Below are positions 1 to 9,758 of a DNA stretch of 64,000 nt, piece after piece. Numbering within the stretch: the first letter of the stretch is position 1; each line of letters begins with the position of its first letter. Below the pieces are notes generated by a model, which was not told the origin of the DNA, ran no database searches, and worked only from the letters and a program-made list of their open reading frames with translations. The stretch is from an uncultured Spirochaetota bacterium (GTDB lineage Bacteria; Spirochaetota; Spirochaetia; SZUA-6; Fen-1364): positions 544,001 through 608,000 of the forward strand of contig CAWAHW010000002.1 of assembly GCA_963781885.1 (NCBI GenBank). Reading direction: 5' to 3'. The position numbers and the translations under genes were made by a program.

Positions 1-109
1 CCGCCTCTGCAAACGCCATCGCCATTGCCTGGCCCATGCCCGATGCGGCCCCGGTGACGAGGGCGACGCGGCCGTGTAAGTCAAACATGTCCAGTACCGT
101 GCGCGCCAT
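1..109 (-). CDS. SDR family oxidoreductase, 5' part only (runs off the window)
   Basis: Manual translation MARTVLDMFDLHGRVALVTGAASGMGQAMA has the TGxxxGxG Rossmann motif; GGAGG SD upstream; not in the ORF track. Confidence 0.85.
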   Translation of the reverse strand, partial: MARTVLDMFDLHGRVALVTGAASGMGQAMAMAFAEA

Positions 110-227
110 GGTGTACCTCCGCGTATTGTATGCTCGGTGACGGAACAATGCTAAGGTAGCCAAAGCGATTTGCCCACGCAAGGGACAATTCTAAAGAGTC
201 GGCCAGGAAATCCCGGAGGAGGCCTCC

Positions 228-1301
228 ATGACTTCGCGCGAAAGGGTCCTTTCCGCGCTCCATCACGTCCAGCCGGACGTCACACCCTGCGACTATTTCT
301 CCACGCCGGAGATACAGCGCGGTCTCCTGGATCGCCTGCGTGTCTCGTCGGAGGAGGCGCTGCTGGACCGGCTGGGGGTGGACATCCGCTACGTCGCGCC
401 GCCCTACACGGGACCGCGGCTTCCCTCCTACGATGACGGCTCGGAGACGGACATATGGGGGATCCGCAAGAAGCCGATGCCGAACGACTACGGCGATTAT
501 GCGGAGCCCGTGGGACTTCCCTATGCGGGCTGGACCACGGTGGAGGAGGCCGCGGTTTTTCCCTGGCCGAGCCCGGACTGGTACGACTATTCTGCAATGC
601 CCGCCCTCTGCGCGCGCTATCCCCATCGTGCCGTGGCGGTCGGCGGCTTCGGGATACAGGATTTCATCAACGGCACCGCATTTGGGCGCGGCGTGGAGCA
701 GGTGCTTCTCGATATCGCCCTCGATGACCCGGTGTACCTCTTCATCGTGGAGAAAAGGCACCGTTTCGCCCTCCAGCACATCGACAGGATACTCACGGCG
801 GCAAAGGGAAGGATCGACCTCGTCCTCTGCGGCGATGATTTCGGCAGTCAGCGCGGCACGCTCATCTCCCCGACGTCCTTCGACACCCTGTTCGCGCCGC
901 GCAAGAAGGAGTTCTTCGACATGGTCCATTCCCACGGCGCGAAGGTCACGCATCACTGCTGCGGATCCAGCCGCGCGTTCTTCCCCCGGTTCATTGCGCT
1001 GGGCATGGACAGCATCCAGACGATACAGCCGCGCGCCGAAGGCATGAACCCCTACACGCTCAAGGCGGAGTTCGGCGGCCGCATCTGCCTGCACGGGGCG
1101 GTGGATGTCCAGGGATGGCTGCAGCACACGAAGCCCGACATGATCCGAAGCGAGGTGCACCGGCTCATGGACGAGGTGGGCAGCGGCGGCGGGTACATCC
1201 TCGCTCCCAGCCACAACCTGCAGCCGGACACGCCCATCGAAAACGTGCTGGCCGTCTATTCCGCCGTGGCCGAGCGCCGGGGCGACCCGAAGCTCGCGTA
1301 G
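228..1301 (+). CDS. Uroporphyrinogen decarboxylase-family (URO-D/MtaA-CmuA-like) protein
   Basis: MTSRERVLSAL N-terminus, GDDFGSQ, HCCG, GGYILAPSHNLQ motifs; GGAGG SD. Confidence 0.85.
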   Translation: MTSRERVLSALHHVQPDVTPCDYFSTPEIQRGLLDRLRVSSEEALLDRLGVDIRYVAPPYTGPRLPSYDDGSETDIWGIRKKPMPNDYGDYAEPVGLPYAGWTTVEEAAVFPWPSPDWYDYSAMPALCARYPHRAVAVGGFGIQDFINGTAFGRGVEQVLLDIALDDPVYLFIVEKRHRFALQHIDRILTAAKGRIDLVLCGDDFGSQRGTLISPTSFDTLFAPRKKEFFDMVHSHGAKVTHHCCGSSRAFFPRFIALGMDSIQTIQPRAEGMNPYTLKAEFGGRICLHGAVDVQGWLQHTKPDMIRSEVHRLMDEVGSGGGYILAPSHNLQPDTPIENVLAVYSAVAERRGDPKLA

Positions 1302-1415
1302 GAAAGCGGGCGCGCGCGAAGGTCGCCGAGAGGACATTTCAAAAGAGTTGCGCGGGCACCGTCAATGATTGACAACCGGCACGGGAGACTCGACAGTTGG
1401 CCCAGGAGAACCACG

Positions 1416-2495
1416 ATGAGTGCTGGCCCGCGGAGGATTCGCGTCCGGGATCTCGAAACGATCTGCCGGGACGCCATGAGGAAAGCCGGTCTGTCGGATC
1501 AGGATGCCGCGATCACGACCGATGTGCTGGTGACCACCGACACGTGGGGTGTTCACACCCACGGCACGAAACAGCTGCGGGCGCTCCTGAAGAACTTCCG
1601 CGACGGCAAGATGGACCTTGCCGCATCGGCGGAGCTGGTTGGCCAGGGCACGTCGTGGGCCCTGTATGACGGGCACCGGTCCATGCCGATGGTGACCTCG
1701 AAGCGCGCCATGGGCACGGCCATCGAGAAGGCCCGCGCCACGGGTATTGCATGGGTCGGCGTGCGCAACAGCGGGCATTTCGGCGCGGCCGGATACTATG
1801 CGAACATGGCAGCGCAGGAGGGCATGCTCGGGCTCAGCATGTGCAATGTCGACCCGGGTGTTGCCGTGCCGGGTTCCCGCGGACCCGTCCTGGGGACGAA
1901 CCCGCTGGCGTATGCGGTTCCGGCAGGAAAAGAGAAGCCGGTCTTTCTCGACATTGCCACCAGCGTCGTTGCGGCAGGGAAGGTGTATGCCGCGCAGGCT
2001 GCCGGGAAACCCATCCCCGAGGGCTGGCTCATCGACAAGGACGGGCTTCCGACCACCGACCCGGCGGGCTACCCCCTCGTCGGCGCGCTCATGCCCATGG
2101 CAGGCCACAAGGGATACGGCATCGCGCTCATGATCGAGGTCCTGACGGGAGTGCTGTGCGGGGGGGCTGTCCGGGACAACATCGTGAGCTGGGTGAATGG
2201 CCCCGCGCCGGTGAACCAGTCCCTCGCGTTCCTTGCCATCGACGTTTCGATGGGCATGCCGCGGGAGGATTTCGGCGGCCGCATGGATGCGTTGATTCGC
2301 GGCATCCGCGGCGCGCCGCGGGCGGTCAACGCGGACCGCATCTACCTGCCCGGTGAAAAGGAATGGGACAACCGGGAGAGGGCGCTCCGTGACGGCATCC
2401 TCCTGCCGGCCGATGTCGTGGCAAGCCTCGACGGCCTGGCGCAGGATTTTTCCCTCTCCACCAGCCGTTTTTTCAGCGTCGTTGACACCGCGTGA
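1416..2495 (+). CDS. Ldh_2 (malate/L-lactate/ureidoglycolate dehydrogenase-like) oxidoreductase
   Basis: GVHTHG, NSGHFGAAGYYA, GTNPLA, LDIATS, GHKGYG, YLPGE motifs; start at ATG 1416 after AGGAG. Confidence 0.9.
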   Translation: MSAGPRRIRVRDLETICRDAMRKAGLSDQDAAITTDVLVTTDTWGVHTHGTKQLRALLKNFRDGKMDLAASAELVGQGTSWALYDGHRSMPMVTSKRAMGTAIEKARATGIAWVGVRNSGHFGAAGYYANMAAQEGMLGLSMCNVDPGVAVPGSRGPVLGTNPLAYAVPAGKEKPVFLDIATSVVAAGKVYAAQAAGKPIPEGWLIDKDGLPTTDPAGYPLVGALMPMAGHKGYGIALMIEVLTGVLCGGAVRDNIVSWVNGPAPVNQSLAFLAIDVSMGMPREDFGGRMDALIRGIRGAPRAVNADRIYLPGEKEWDNRERALRDGILLPADVVASLDGLAQDFSLSTSRFFSVVDTA

Positions 2496-2541
2496 GCCGG
2501 GGGATAGATTGAATGGCGGGAGGGCGGCCATCAGTACGTCC

Positions 2542-3253
2542 GTGAAACCTCATTACCGCACCGCGACACTCACGCCTGTCCCTCGCAGCTCCCTCGCGCT
2601 GGAAGTGGCAAAGAAATTGCGGCGCGAGATCCTCACCGGTCACATCAAGCCCGGCGAGCGCATCCTCGAGCAGGAAATATCCGAGGTGATGCAGACCAGC
2701 CGCGGCCCGGTGCGCGATGCGCTGATACGGCTGGAGCACGAGGGGCTGGTGGTGCGGGAGCCGAATCGGAGCGCCGTCGTCGCGAGCATGACCGTGGACG
2801 ACGTGGAGGAGGTCTGCAGCCTGCGTCAGTCCCTGGAGGTGCTCGCGCTGCGCTACTCCATCGACCGTGCCCAGGAGGACGATCTCCAGCGGCTCCACGC
2901 GGTCATCGGCCTTTTTGATGAGTGCCTCAAGGACAGCTTCACCCTTGAGCGCGCGGTGGACTCTGGACCTGCGCTTCCACGAGGAGTTCGTGCGCTCCGC
3001 GCGGCATGACCGCGTCCTTTCCATGTGGCAGAGCATCAAGCCCCAGATCTGGTTCCTGATCTTTTCGCGCAACGCATTCGCCCTGGAAAACTTCCGCGAA
3101 GCATCGCCTTCCCATGCGGAGCTCGTGGATTCGATCGAGCGCCAGGACTACGAGACGGCGAAGAACAATCTCTCCCGGCACCTGCAGATCGACTACGCGG
3201 CTCTCATCAACATCTACCAGAAGATACACGAGCCCGACGGGACGCCGCGGTGA
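2542..3253 (+). CDS. GntR family (FCD) transcriptional regulator, frameshifted near 2960
   Basis: wHTH (PGERILEQEISEVMQTSRGPVRDAL) in ORF 2353-3009; FCD C-terminus (DLRFHEEFV...HAELVDSI) in ORF 2867-3253. Confidence 0.8.
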
Positions 3254-4023
3254 TCCCCGACACTGCCTCTTCCGTCCGTGACGCCCGCGTGGCGCCGGGC
3301 AGCCTCGCCGTCTTCTGGCTCGGGCAGGCAGGCTTTCTCTTCAAGACCCCCGCGGGCAGTATCGTCTGCGTCGACCCCTATCTCAGTGACAGCGTGGAGA
3401 GGCTTGCCGGTTTTCGCCGGATCATGGCGAGCGTCATGGCGCCGGAGGACCTCGCGGTGGACGTGATGCTCATCACGCACCACCACGAGGATCACCTGGA
3501 CATCGACGCGCTGCCCGTCGTCGCGCGGCGCACCGAGGCGCGTTTCGTGGCCCCGGGGGAAAGCGTGAAGAGGCTGCGGGAGATCGGCCTGCCGCCGGAT
3601 CGCATCACGGAGGTCCGTCCCGGAAGCGTCACGGATCTGGGCTGCGTGACGGTGCGGACGGTTTTTGCGGACCATGGGACGCTGGCGCCCGATGCAGTGG
3701 GATTCGTGCTGGATTTCGGCTTCGTGCGAGTCTACATCACCGGCGATACCGCCTACCGGCCGGCCTCCATGGCAGAGGTCATGCGTCTCCGCCCGCAGGT
3801 CATCATCCCGGTGATCAACGGCGCCTACGGCAACATGGGGTCGGCTGATGCCGCCGCCCTGACCCGCGACACGGGCGCGCGCGTTGCCATCCCCTGCCAC
3901 TTCTGGACCTTCGTCGAGCACGGCGGGGATCCGGCTGCTTTCCTGGCGGCCTGCCGGGAGGAGGCGCTTTCCGCGCGTGTGGAGCTGATCACCCAGGGCA
4001 GAAGTTTCTCCTGGGTGTCGTGA
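3250..4023 (+). CDS. MBL-fold metallo-hydrolase, UlaG (L-ascorbate-6-P lactonase)-like
   Basis: WLGQAGF, DPYLSDS, THHHEDHLD, TGDT, PCHF motifs; GTG overlaps the upstream TGA. Confidence 0.85.
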   Translation: MIPDTASSVRDARVAPGSLAVFWLGQAGFLFKTPAGSIVCVDPYLSDSVERLAGFRRIMASVMAPEDLAVDVMLITHHHEDHLDIDALPVVARRTEARFVAPGESVKRLREIGLPPDRITEVRPGSVTDLGCVTVRTVFADHGTLAPDAVGFVLDFGFVRVYITGDTAYRPASMAEVMRLRPQVIIPVINGAYGNMGSADAAALTRDTGARVAIPCHFWTFVEHGGDPAAFLAACREEALSARVELITQGRSFSWVS

Positions 4024-4044
4024 GCGGCCCGCGCTGAACGCTTC

Positions 4045-4476
4045 CTACAGCGCCTTCAGCGCCTCTGCGTTCAGGGTCGCGATGCCGTTCTTCTCCAGTA
4101 TCTGCAGGGCGCGCTCGCGGTCGTCGATGCGGCAGATGACGATGGCATTCTCCCGCGTCTTCTCGACGTACGCGTACATGTATTCCACGTTCACGTTGTC
4201 CTGGTCGAGCACCTCCAGGATGCGGGCAAGCCCGCCGGGCTTGTCTTCCACTTCCACCGCGATCACCTCCGTGACCTGCGCGACGAATGCGCGGGTCTTC
4301 AGCACGGCGAGGCAGCGGTCGGGGTTGTCGACGATGATGCGCAGGACGCCGAAATCCGCCGTGTCGGCCAGGGACAGGGCGCGGATGTTTATCTTTTCAT
4401 GGGACAGCGTGCGGGTGACCTCGGCGAGCCTCCCCTTGCTGTTCTCCAGGAAGACGGAAATCTGCTTCACGGGCAT
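4045..4476 (-). CDS. Tandem ACT-domain protein (paaK-associated)
   Basis: MPVKQISVFLENSKGRLAEV...DKPGGLARIL...NVEYMYA; C-terminal part of ORF 4045-5820; GGAGG SD. Confidence 0.9.
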   Translation of the reverse strand: MPVKQISVFLENSKGRLAEVTRTLSHEKINIRALSLADTADFGVLRIIVDNPDRCLAVLKTRAFVAQVTEVIAVEVEDKPGGLARILEVLDQDNVNVEYMYAYVEKTRENAIVICRIDDRERALQILEKNGIATLNAEALKAL

Positions 4477-4529
4477 ACGTGACCTCCCTGCGGTGTGAGG
4501 ATCGGGGCGGGCGCCCCGGGGGACTGTCT

Positions 4530-5820
4530 TCAGATCTTGCGCTTGTCGATGATGCGCCGGGCCTTTCCCTCGCTGCGGGCGATGCTCTTGGGCTCCACGA
4601 GCTTCACCCGGGTATGGATGTTGAGCGACGCGTACAGGTCGCCTTCCAGCTTCTTTTCCATTCCCTCGAGATTCCTGATCTCGTCCGAGAACAGCGCCTC
4701 GTTCATCTCCACCTGCACCTCCAGCTCGTCGAGCTGGTCGCGCCGCTCCACAATGAGCTGGTAATGCGGCTCCACGCCCTCTCCCTTGAGTATAATCTCC
4801 TCGATCTGCGAGGGGAACACGTTCACCCCGCGGATGATGAGCATGTCGTCCGTGCGGCCGAGCACGCGGTGCATGCGCACCGTGGTCCTCCCGCATGCGC
4901 AGGGGCTCCTGTCCAGGTAGGTGATGTCGCGCGTGCGGTAGCGGAGCACGGGCGTGCCTTCCTTCGTGAGGGTCGTGATGACCAGCTCCCCCTTCTCCCC
5001 GTCGGGGAGCACGCGGCCGGTGGCAGGGTCGATGATCTCGGGGTAGAAGAGGTCCTCGTTCACGTGGAGGCCCTTCTGATGCTCGCATTCCATGGCGACG
5101 CCCGGGCCGATGATCTCCGTGAGGCCGTAGATGTCGATGGCGACGACGTGCAGCTTCGCCTCGATCTCCGTGCGCATGCTTTCGCTCCACGGCTCGGCGC
5201 CGAAGAAACCCGCCTTCAGCCCGATCGACCCCAGGTCCAGGCCCTCCTCCCGTGCCGCCTCCGCGAGAAAAAGCGAGTAGGAGGGCGTGCAGGCAAGGAC
5301 GGTGGACTTGAAATCCCGCAGGATCGCAAGCTGCCTCTTCGTGTTGCCGCCCGAGATGGGGATCACCGTGGCGCCGATCTTCCGCGCCCCGTAGTGCACC
5401 CCCAGGCCGCCCGTGAAAAGCCCGTAGCCGTAGGCGTTCTGCACGATGTCGTGCCGCGTGGTTCCCCCCGCGGCAAGCGTGCGCGCCATGGCCTCTGCCC
5501 AGACCTCGATGTCGCCTGCCGTGTAGGCATCGACGACCGGCGTGCCCGTGGTCCCGGAAGAGGTGTGGATCTCCACGATCTCCCTTAGTGCCACCGCGAG
5601 GAGGCCGTAGGGATAGACCTCGCGCATCTCGTCCTTTGTCGTGAAGGGCAGCTTGCGGATGTCGGCGATGCCCTGGATATCCTGCGGCTTCACGCCGGCA
5701 TCGCTCATCTTCTTGCGATAGAAGGGCACGCGCCGGTACAACACGTCCACCAGGCGCCCGAGCTTCTCCCCGTGGTGCGACGCGAGAGCCACGGCGACAA
5801 CGATTCGGAATCAAGATCAT
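4530..5820 (-). CDS. paaK: Phenylacetate-CoA ligase (5' end appears frameshifted, about 5785-5815)
   Basis: [51 protein letters not shown]; strong AGGAGG SD before ATG 5820. Confidence 0.9.
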
Positions 5821-5887
5821 CGCTTTATTTTCCTCCTAAGGATAGAGGTGCCGTGGAGTCCAGCCGTTCCAGATCATCGCACTCCTC

Positions 5888-6316
5888 CTACAGGCGGTAG
5901 ATTTCCGCGTCCGAGATCAGGTGTATCCCCGAGCCTTCCAGTGCGCGCTCCGCTTCGGGGAACTTCTCCACCTCGAAGACGATGGCCGCCCTGCTGCCCT
6001 CCTCGATCACGAATCCGTAGCAGTCCTCCACGTTCACGCGCGCCGCGGAGAGATTCACGAGCAGCCGGTGCATCGCCCCGGGGGCATCGTCGATCATCGC
6101 GACGAGGATGCGCCGCTTCGTCACCGTGAAGCGCGCTTCTCTCAGCGCGGCAAGCCCCTTGTCCGGGTCGTTCACGAGGACGCGCACGACGCCGAACTCG
6201 CCCGTGCTCGCCATCGACACGGCCCTGATGTTGAGACCCGCGTCTGAAAGCACGCGGGTGATCTTCTCCAGCTTTCCCTGCTCGTTGACGACGAAAATCG
6301 ACAGGTGGAATGCCAT
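5888..6316 (-). CDS. Tandem ACT-domain protein (paaK-associated)
   Basis: Paralogue of 4045-4476 (LSIFVVNEQGKL...DDAPGAM). Confidence 0.85.
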   Translation of the reverse strand: MAFHLSIFVVNEQGKLEKITRVLSDAGLNIRAVSMASTGEFGVVRVLVNDPDKGLAALREARFTVTKRRILVAMIDDAPGAMHRLLVNLSAARVNVEDCYGFVIEEGSRAAIVFEVEKFPEAERALEGSGIHLISDAEIYRL

Positions 6317-6317
6317 C

Positions 6318-7625
6318 TCAGCACCCCTTCCCGGACTGGGTCCGGCGGTCGATCACGCGCACCGCCTTGCCTTCCGTCGCGGGCAGGTTGCCCGCCTCCA
6401 GCAGCCGCACGACGGGCGTCACCCCGATCTCATCCCGCAGCGCGGCGACCGCCCTGCCCTGGAGCGCCTCGAGGTGAGAGAGGGTCCCCTGGAACTGGTC
6501 GCTCTCAAGCTCGACGCTGATGTGGAGCTTGTCCATGTAGTTTTCCTCGTGGATCTCGATGAGGTAATTCGCGCCGATGCCGGGGATGCGGAGCAGGGTC
6601 TGCTCGATCTGGAGGGGGAAGATGTTCACGCCGTTGATGATCATCATGTCATCGGACCGGCCTTGGATCCGGTCGATGCGGCGATGGGTGCGTCCGCACG
6701 GACAGACGCCCGGGATGAACCGCGTGAGGTCGCGCGTGCGGTAGCGCAGGAGCGGCGTGCCCGTCCTGTTGAGGGAAGTGAGGACGAGCTCGCCGCATTC
6801 CCCTTCCTCCACCGGCAGCCCCGTTGCCGGGTCCACGATCTCTGCGAGGAAATTGTCCTCCCAGAGGTGCATGCCGGACTGCGCGGGACACTCGAAGGCC
6901 ACGCCGGGCCCGCACATCTCCGAAAGGCCGTAGGAGTTGTACGCCTTGATGTTCCAGGTCTGCTCGATCCTTCGGCGCGTCTCCTCGGTGTGCGGCTCGG
7001 CGCCGACGAACGCCATGCGCACCGAAAGGTCGCGCGCCGGGTCGAGCCCCATCTCGCTCACGTGCGCGGCAAGACGCAGGGCATAGCTGGGAAGGATGTG
7101 GATCGCGGTGGTCTTGAACTCCTTCATGAACCAGATCTGCCTCTTGCTGTTGCCCGGGCCGACCGGGATGGTCATGGCGCCCAGCTTTTCCGCGCCATAG
7201 TGGAAGCCGAGGCCTCCCGTGAAGAGCCCGTACCCCATGATGTTCTGGAAGACGTCGGTGGAACGCATGCCCGCCATGTACATGCAGCGCGCCACGAGGT
7301 CCTGCCACGCGGCGATGTCCTCCCGCGTGTGGTAGATCACCGTCGGGTTTCCCGTGGTCCCGGAGGAGGAGTGCAGCCGCACGACCTTCTCCAGCGGCAC
7401 GGCGAGGAATCCGTACGGGAAGCTGCTGCGCAGGTCCTCCTTCGTCGTGAAAGGGAGGCGGCGGACGTCATCAAGCTGCTTCACTTCCGGCAGCGGCTTT
7501 CCGTCGAAAAGCGCCCGATAGAAGGGCGCATTCGCCGCGCCCCGCAGCGCGGTCGAAAGACGGTCAAGCTGCAGCCGCTCCAGCTCCGGTCGGTTCAGGG
7601 TTTCCAGGGTCGAATCCCAGTACAT
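6318..7625 (-). CDS. paaK: Phenylacetate-CoA ligase, second copy
   Basis: [41 protein letters not shown] motifs. Confidence 0.9.
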   Translation of the reverse strand: MYWDSTLETLNRPELERLQLDRLSTALRGAANAPFYRALFDGKPLPEVKQLDDVRRLPFTTKEDLRSSFPYGFLAVPLEKVVRLHSSSGTTGNPTVIYHTREDIAAWQDLVARCMYMAGMRSTDVFQNIMGYGLFTGGLGFHYGAEKLGAMTIPVGPGNSKRQIWFMKEFKTTAIHILPSYALRLAAHVSEMGLDPARDLSVRMAFVGAEPHTEETRRRIEQTWNIKAYNSYGLSEMCGPGVAFECPAQSGMHLWEDNFLAEIVDPATGLPVEEGECGELVLTSLNRTGTPLLRYRTRDLTRFIPGVCPCGRTHRRIDRIQGRSDDMMIINGVNIFPLQIEQTLLRIPGIGANYLIEIHEENYMDKLHISVELESDQFQGTLSHLEALQGRAVAALRDEIGVTPVVRLLEAGNLPATEGKAVRVIDRRTQSGKGC

Positions 7626-7764
7626 GCATGACCGCACCTGCGTGCGGATTCCTCCTCGGCATACAGTCTGCATCCACAAATGAACTGAATGACGGTGTAT
7701 ACTGGGAAAGCATGTTTATGCAAGTGAGCGGCACATTCAGGAAGAACCGCGGAATGGATGGACG

Positions 7765-8385
7765 ATGAGCGACAACGAAGCGCGCCGTGCATGCATCGTG
7801 CTGTCACCGGCAGGGGCGGTCTGGGAGCAGCGGTCCCTGCTCCTCCTCCACGGCCGCGGCGACACGGCGCGCGGCTTTATCGCTCATTGGAGGCCGCTGG
7901 TGGACGAGGGATGGACGCTCGTCGCGCCGGTTTCGTCGCAGGCGTGTGCGTCCGGCGGCTTCTGCTGGGACGACACGGAGCTGGCCCGGCGCGAGATACG
8001 CGCGCACCTGGACGACTGCCGGCGGCTGCGCGGCATCGACGTCGGCGGCATGGTGATGGCAGGGACATCGCAGGGAGCGCATCTTGCCCTGGAGCTCGCC
8101 ACGGAGGCGGGCGTGCCGGCGCTCTGCGCGTTTCCTTCTTTTCCCGCCGGATACGACGTGTCGCGTCTCACGTCCCTGCCGGGTCGTATTCCTGCAGGGT
8201 TCATCCTGGCCGCGCAAGCCGACGGCCGGGACCAAGTGCGGCAGGTGATTGCATCGCTTGAGTCGTCGGGCGTTCCGCTGGTGATTCACGAGATGCCCGG
8301 CGTCGGGCGCGACCTGCCGGAAGGATTCGCCTCGATTGCGGGTGGCGTGCTGATGCGGCTCATCGATGCCGCCGCATCCATCTGA
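7765..8385 (+). CDS. Alpha/beta hydrolase (phospholipase/carboxylesterase-like)
   Basis: LLLHGRG oxyanion region and GTSQG nucleophile elbow; catalytic Asp/His region looks degenerate. Confidence 0.65.
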   Translation: MSDNEARRACIVLSPAGAVWEQRSLLLLHGRGDTARGFIAHWRPLVDEGWTLVAPVSSQACASGGFCWDDTELARREIRAHLDDCRRLRGIDVGGMVMAGTSQGAHLALELATEAGVPALCAFPSFPAGYDVSRLTSLPGRIPAGFILAAQADGRDQVRQVIASLESSGVPLVIHEMPGVGRDLPEGFASIAGGVLMRLIDAAASI

Positions 8386-8423
8386 TCACGTGGGGAAGTG
8401 CAACATCTCCTCGAAGGCGATCT

Positions 8424-9722
8424 TCACGGATAGATCCTCGAGATGGTGCGCGGGAAGGGGATGCATTCCCGCAGGTGCTGGCTGCCGCAAATCCAGGCAA
8501 GGGTGCGCTCCAGCCCGATGCCGTAGCCGGAATGAGGCACGGAGCCGTACTTGCGGAGGTCCAGGTACCAGCCGTACGAGGATTCAGGGAGCTTCTCCTC
8601 GTGGATGCGCGCAAGGAGCTTTTCCAGGATGTCCTCGCGCTGGGAGCCGCCAATGATCTCGCCGTAGCCTTCCGGGGCCAGGAGATCGGAGCAGAGCACG
8701 GTCTGCGGATTGGCGGGATTCTCCTTCATATAGAAGGCCTTTGCCTTGCGGGGATAGTTCATGACGAAGATCGGCTTGTCGTGCATCTTCGTGATGATCG
8801 TCTCGTCCTCCCCCCCCAGGTCGTCGCCCCACTGGATGGCGCTGCCCTTGGACTGGAGGGTCTTCACGGCGTCGCCGTAGTCCATGCGGATGAAGGGCGG
8901 CGTCACCTTCTTCAGGGGCTCGATGTCACGCTCGATTGCCTTGAGCTCTTCCCCGCAAGAAGCGAGCACGTCGGAGACCACCCTGCTCACCATGTCTTCT
9001 TGCAACACCATGTTGTCGTCGTTGTCCGCGTAGGCCACCTCTGCTTCGAGCATCCAGAACTCGGTGAGATGCCGCCGCGTCTTCGACTTCTCGGCGCGGA
9101 ATGTCGGCCCGAAATTGAAGACCTTGCCATACGCCATGCAGGCCGCTTCGAGGTAGAGCTGGCCCGTCTGCGCGAGGTAGGCATCGCCCAGGTCGAAGTA
9201 GGGCACGGTGAAGAGCGTCCCCGCGCTCTCCCCGATGGAACCGGTGAGGATCGGCGTGTCGATGAGCAGGAACCCGCGCTCGTGGAAGAAGGAGCGGAAG
9301 GACATGATCGCCTGGTCGCGGATGCGCATGATGGCGGTCGGCCGGGTGGAGCGCAGCCACAGGTGCCGATTCTCCAGGAGGAAATCGATGCCGTGCTCCT
9401 TCTTGGAGATGGGGTAGTCGTCGGCGGGGTTCTGCACGATCTCGACGCCGCTCACGGTGAGCTCGAAGCCGGAAGGCGCGCGCTCGTCCCGTCGCGCCGT
9501 GCCCCGCACAATCACGGACGCCTCCATTTTCAGGCCCGTGATGCGCGCGAATGTCTCCGGCCCGCAGCCGGACTCCTCCGCCACGCCCTGGATGCGGCCG
9601 GTGCCGTCGCGAAGCTGGAGGAAGGCGATCTTGCCCTTGGACCGCATGTTGTAGAGCCATCCGCGTATCTCGACCTCGCGGTCGACATGCATTCCGATGT
9701 CGGCGATCGATACCACTTCCAT
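8424..9722 (-). CDS. asnS: Asparagine-tRNA ligase
   Basis: OB-fold N-terminus, LAQTGQLY, FRAEKSKTRRHLTEFWM, EIIGGSQRE, PHSGYGIGLER. Confidence 0.97.
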   Translation of the reverse strand: MEVVSIADIGMHVDREVEIRGWLYNMRSKGKIAFLQLRDGTGRIQGVAEESGCGPETFARITGLKMEASVIVRGTARRDERAPSGFELTVSGVEIVQNPADDYPISKKEHGIDFLLENRHLWLRSTRPTAIMRIRDQAIMSFRSFFHERGFLLIDTPILTGSIGESAGTLFTVPYFDLGDAYLAQTGQLYLEAACMAYGKVFNFGPTFRAEKSKTRRHLTEFWMLEAEVAYADNDDNMVLQEDMVSRVVSDVLASCGEELKAIERDIEPLKKVTPPFIRMDYGDAVKTLQSKGSAIQWGDDLGGEDETIITKMHDKPIFVMNYPRKAKAFYMKENPANPQTVLCSDLLAPEGYGEIIGGSQREDILEKLLARIHEEKLPESSYGWYLDLRKYGSVPHSGYGIGLERTLAWICGSQHLRECIPFPRTISRIYP

Positions 9723-9758
9723 TCGGTTCTCCTCGGGGGCGCCCGGCGGGCGCGGGTG

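Noticed and set aside
228-1301. Calling the URO-D family gene hemE
   Set aside because: It lacks the HemE RQAGR motif and has no heme-biosynthesis context.
4045-5820. 591-aa ORF apparently fusing a long N-terminus to the ACT protein
   Set aside because: The N-terminal part is an off-frame shadow of paaK; the real ACT gene starts at 4476 with its own SD.
7680-7745. CTGAATG...CATTCAG inverted repeat upstream of paaK
   Set aside because: The arms are about 40 bp apart and only 7 bp long; cannot be distinguished from chance or assigned to a regulator.
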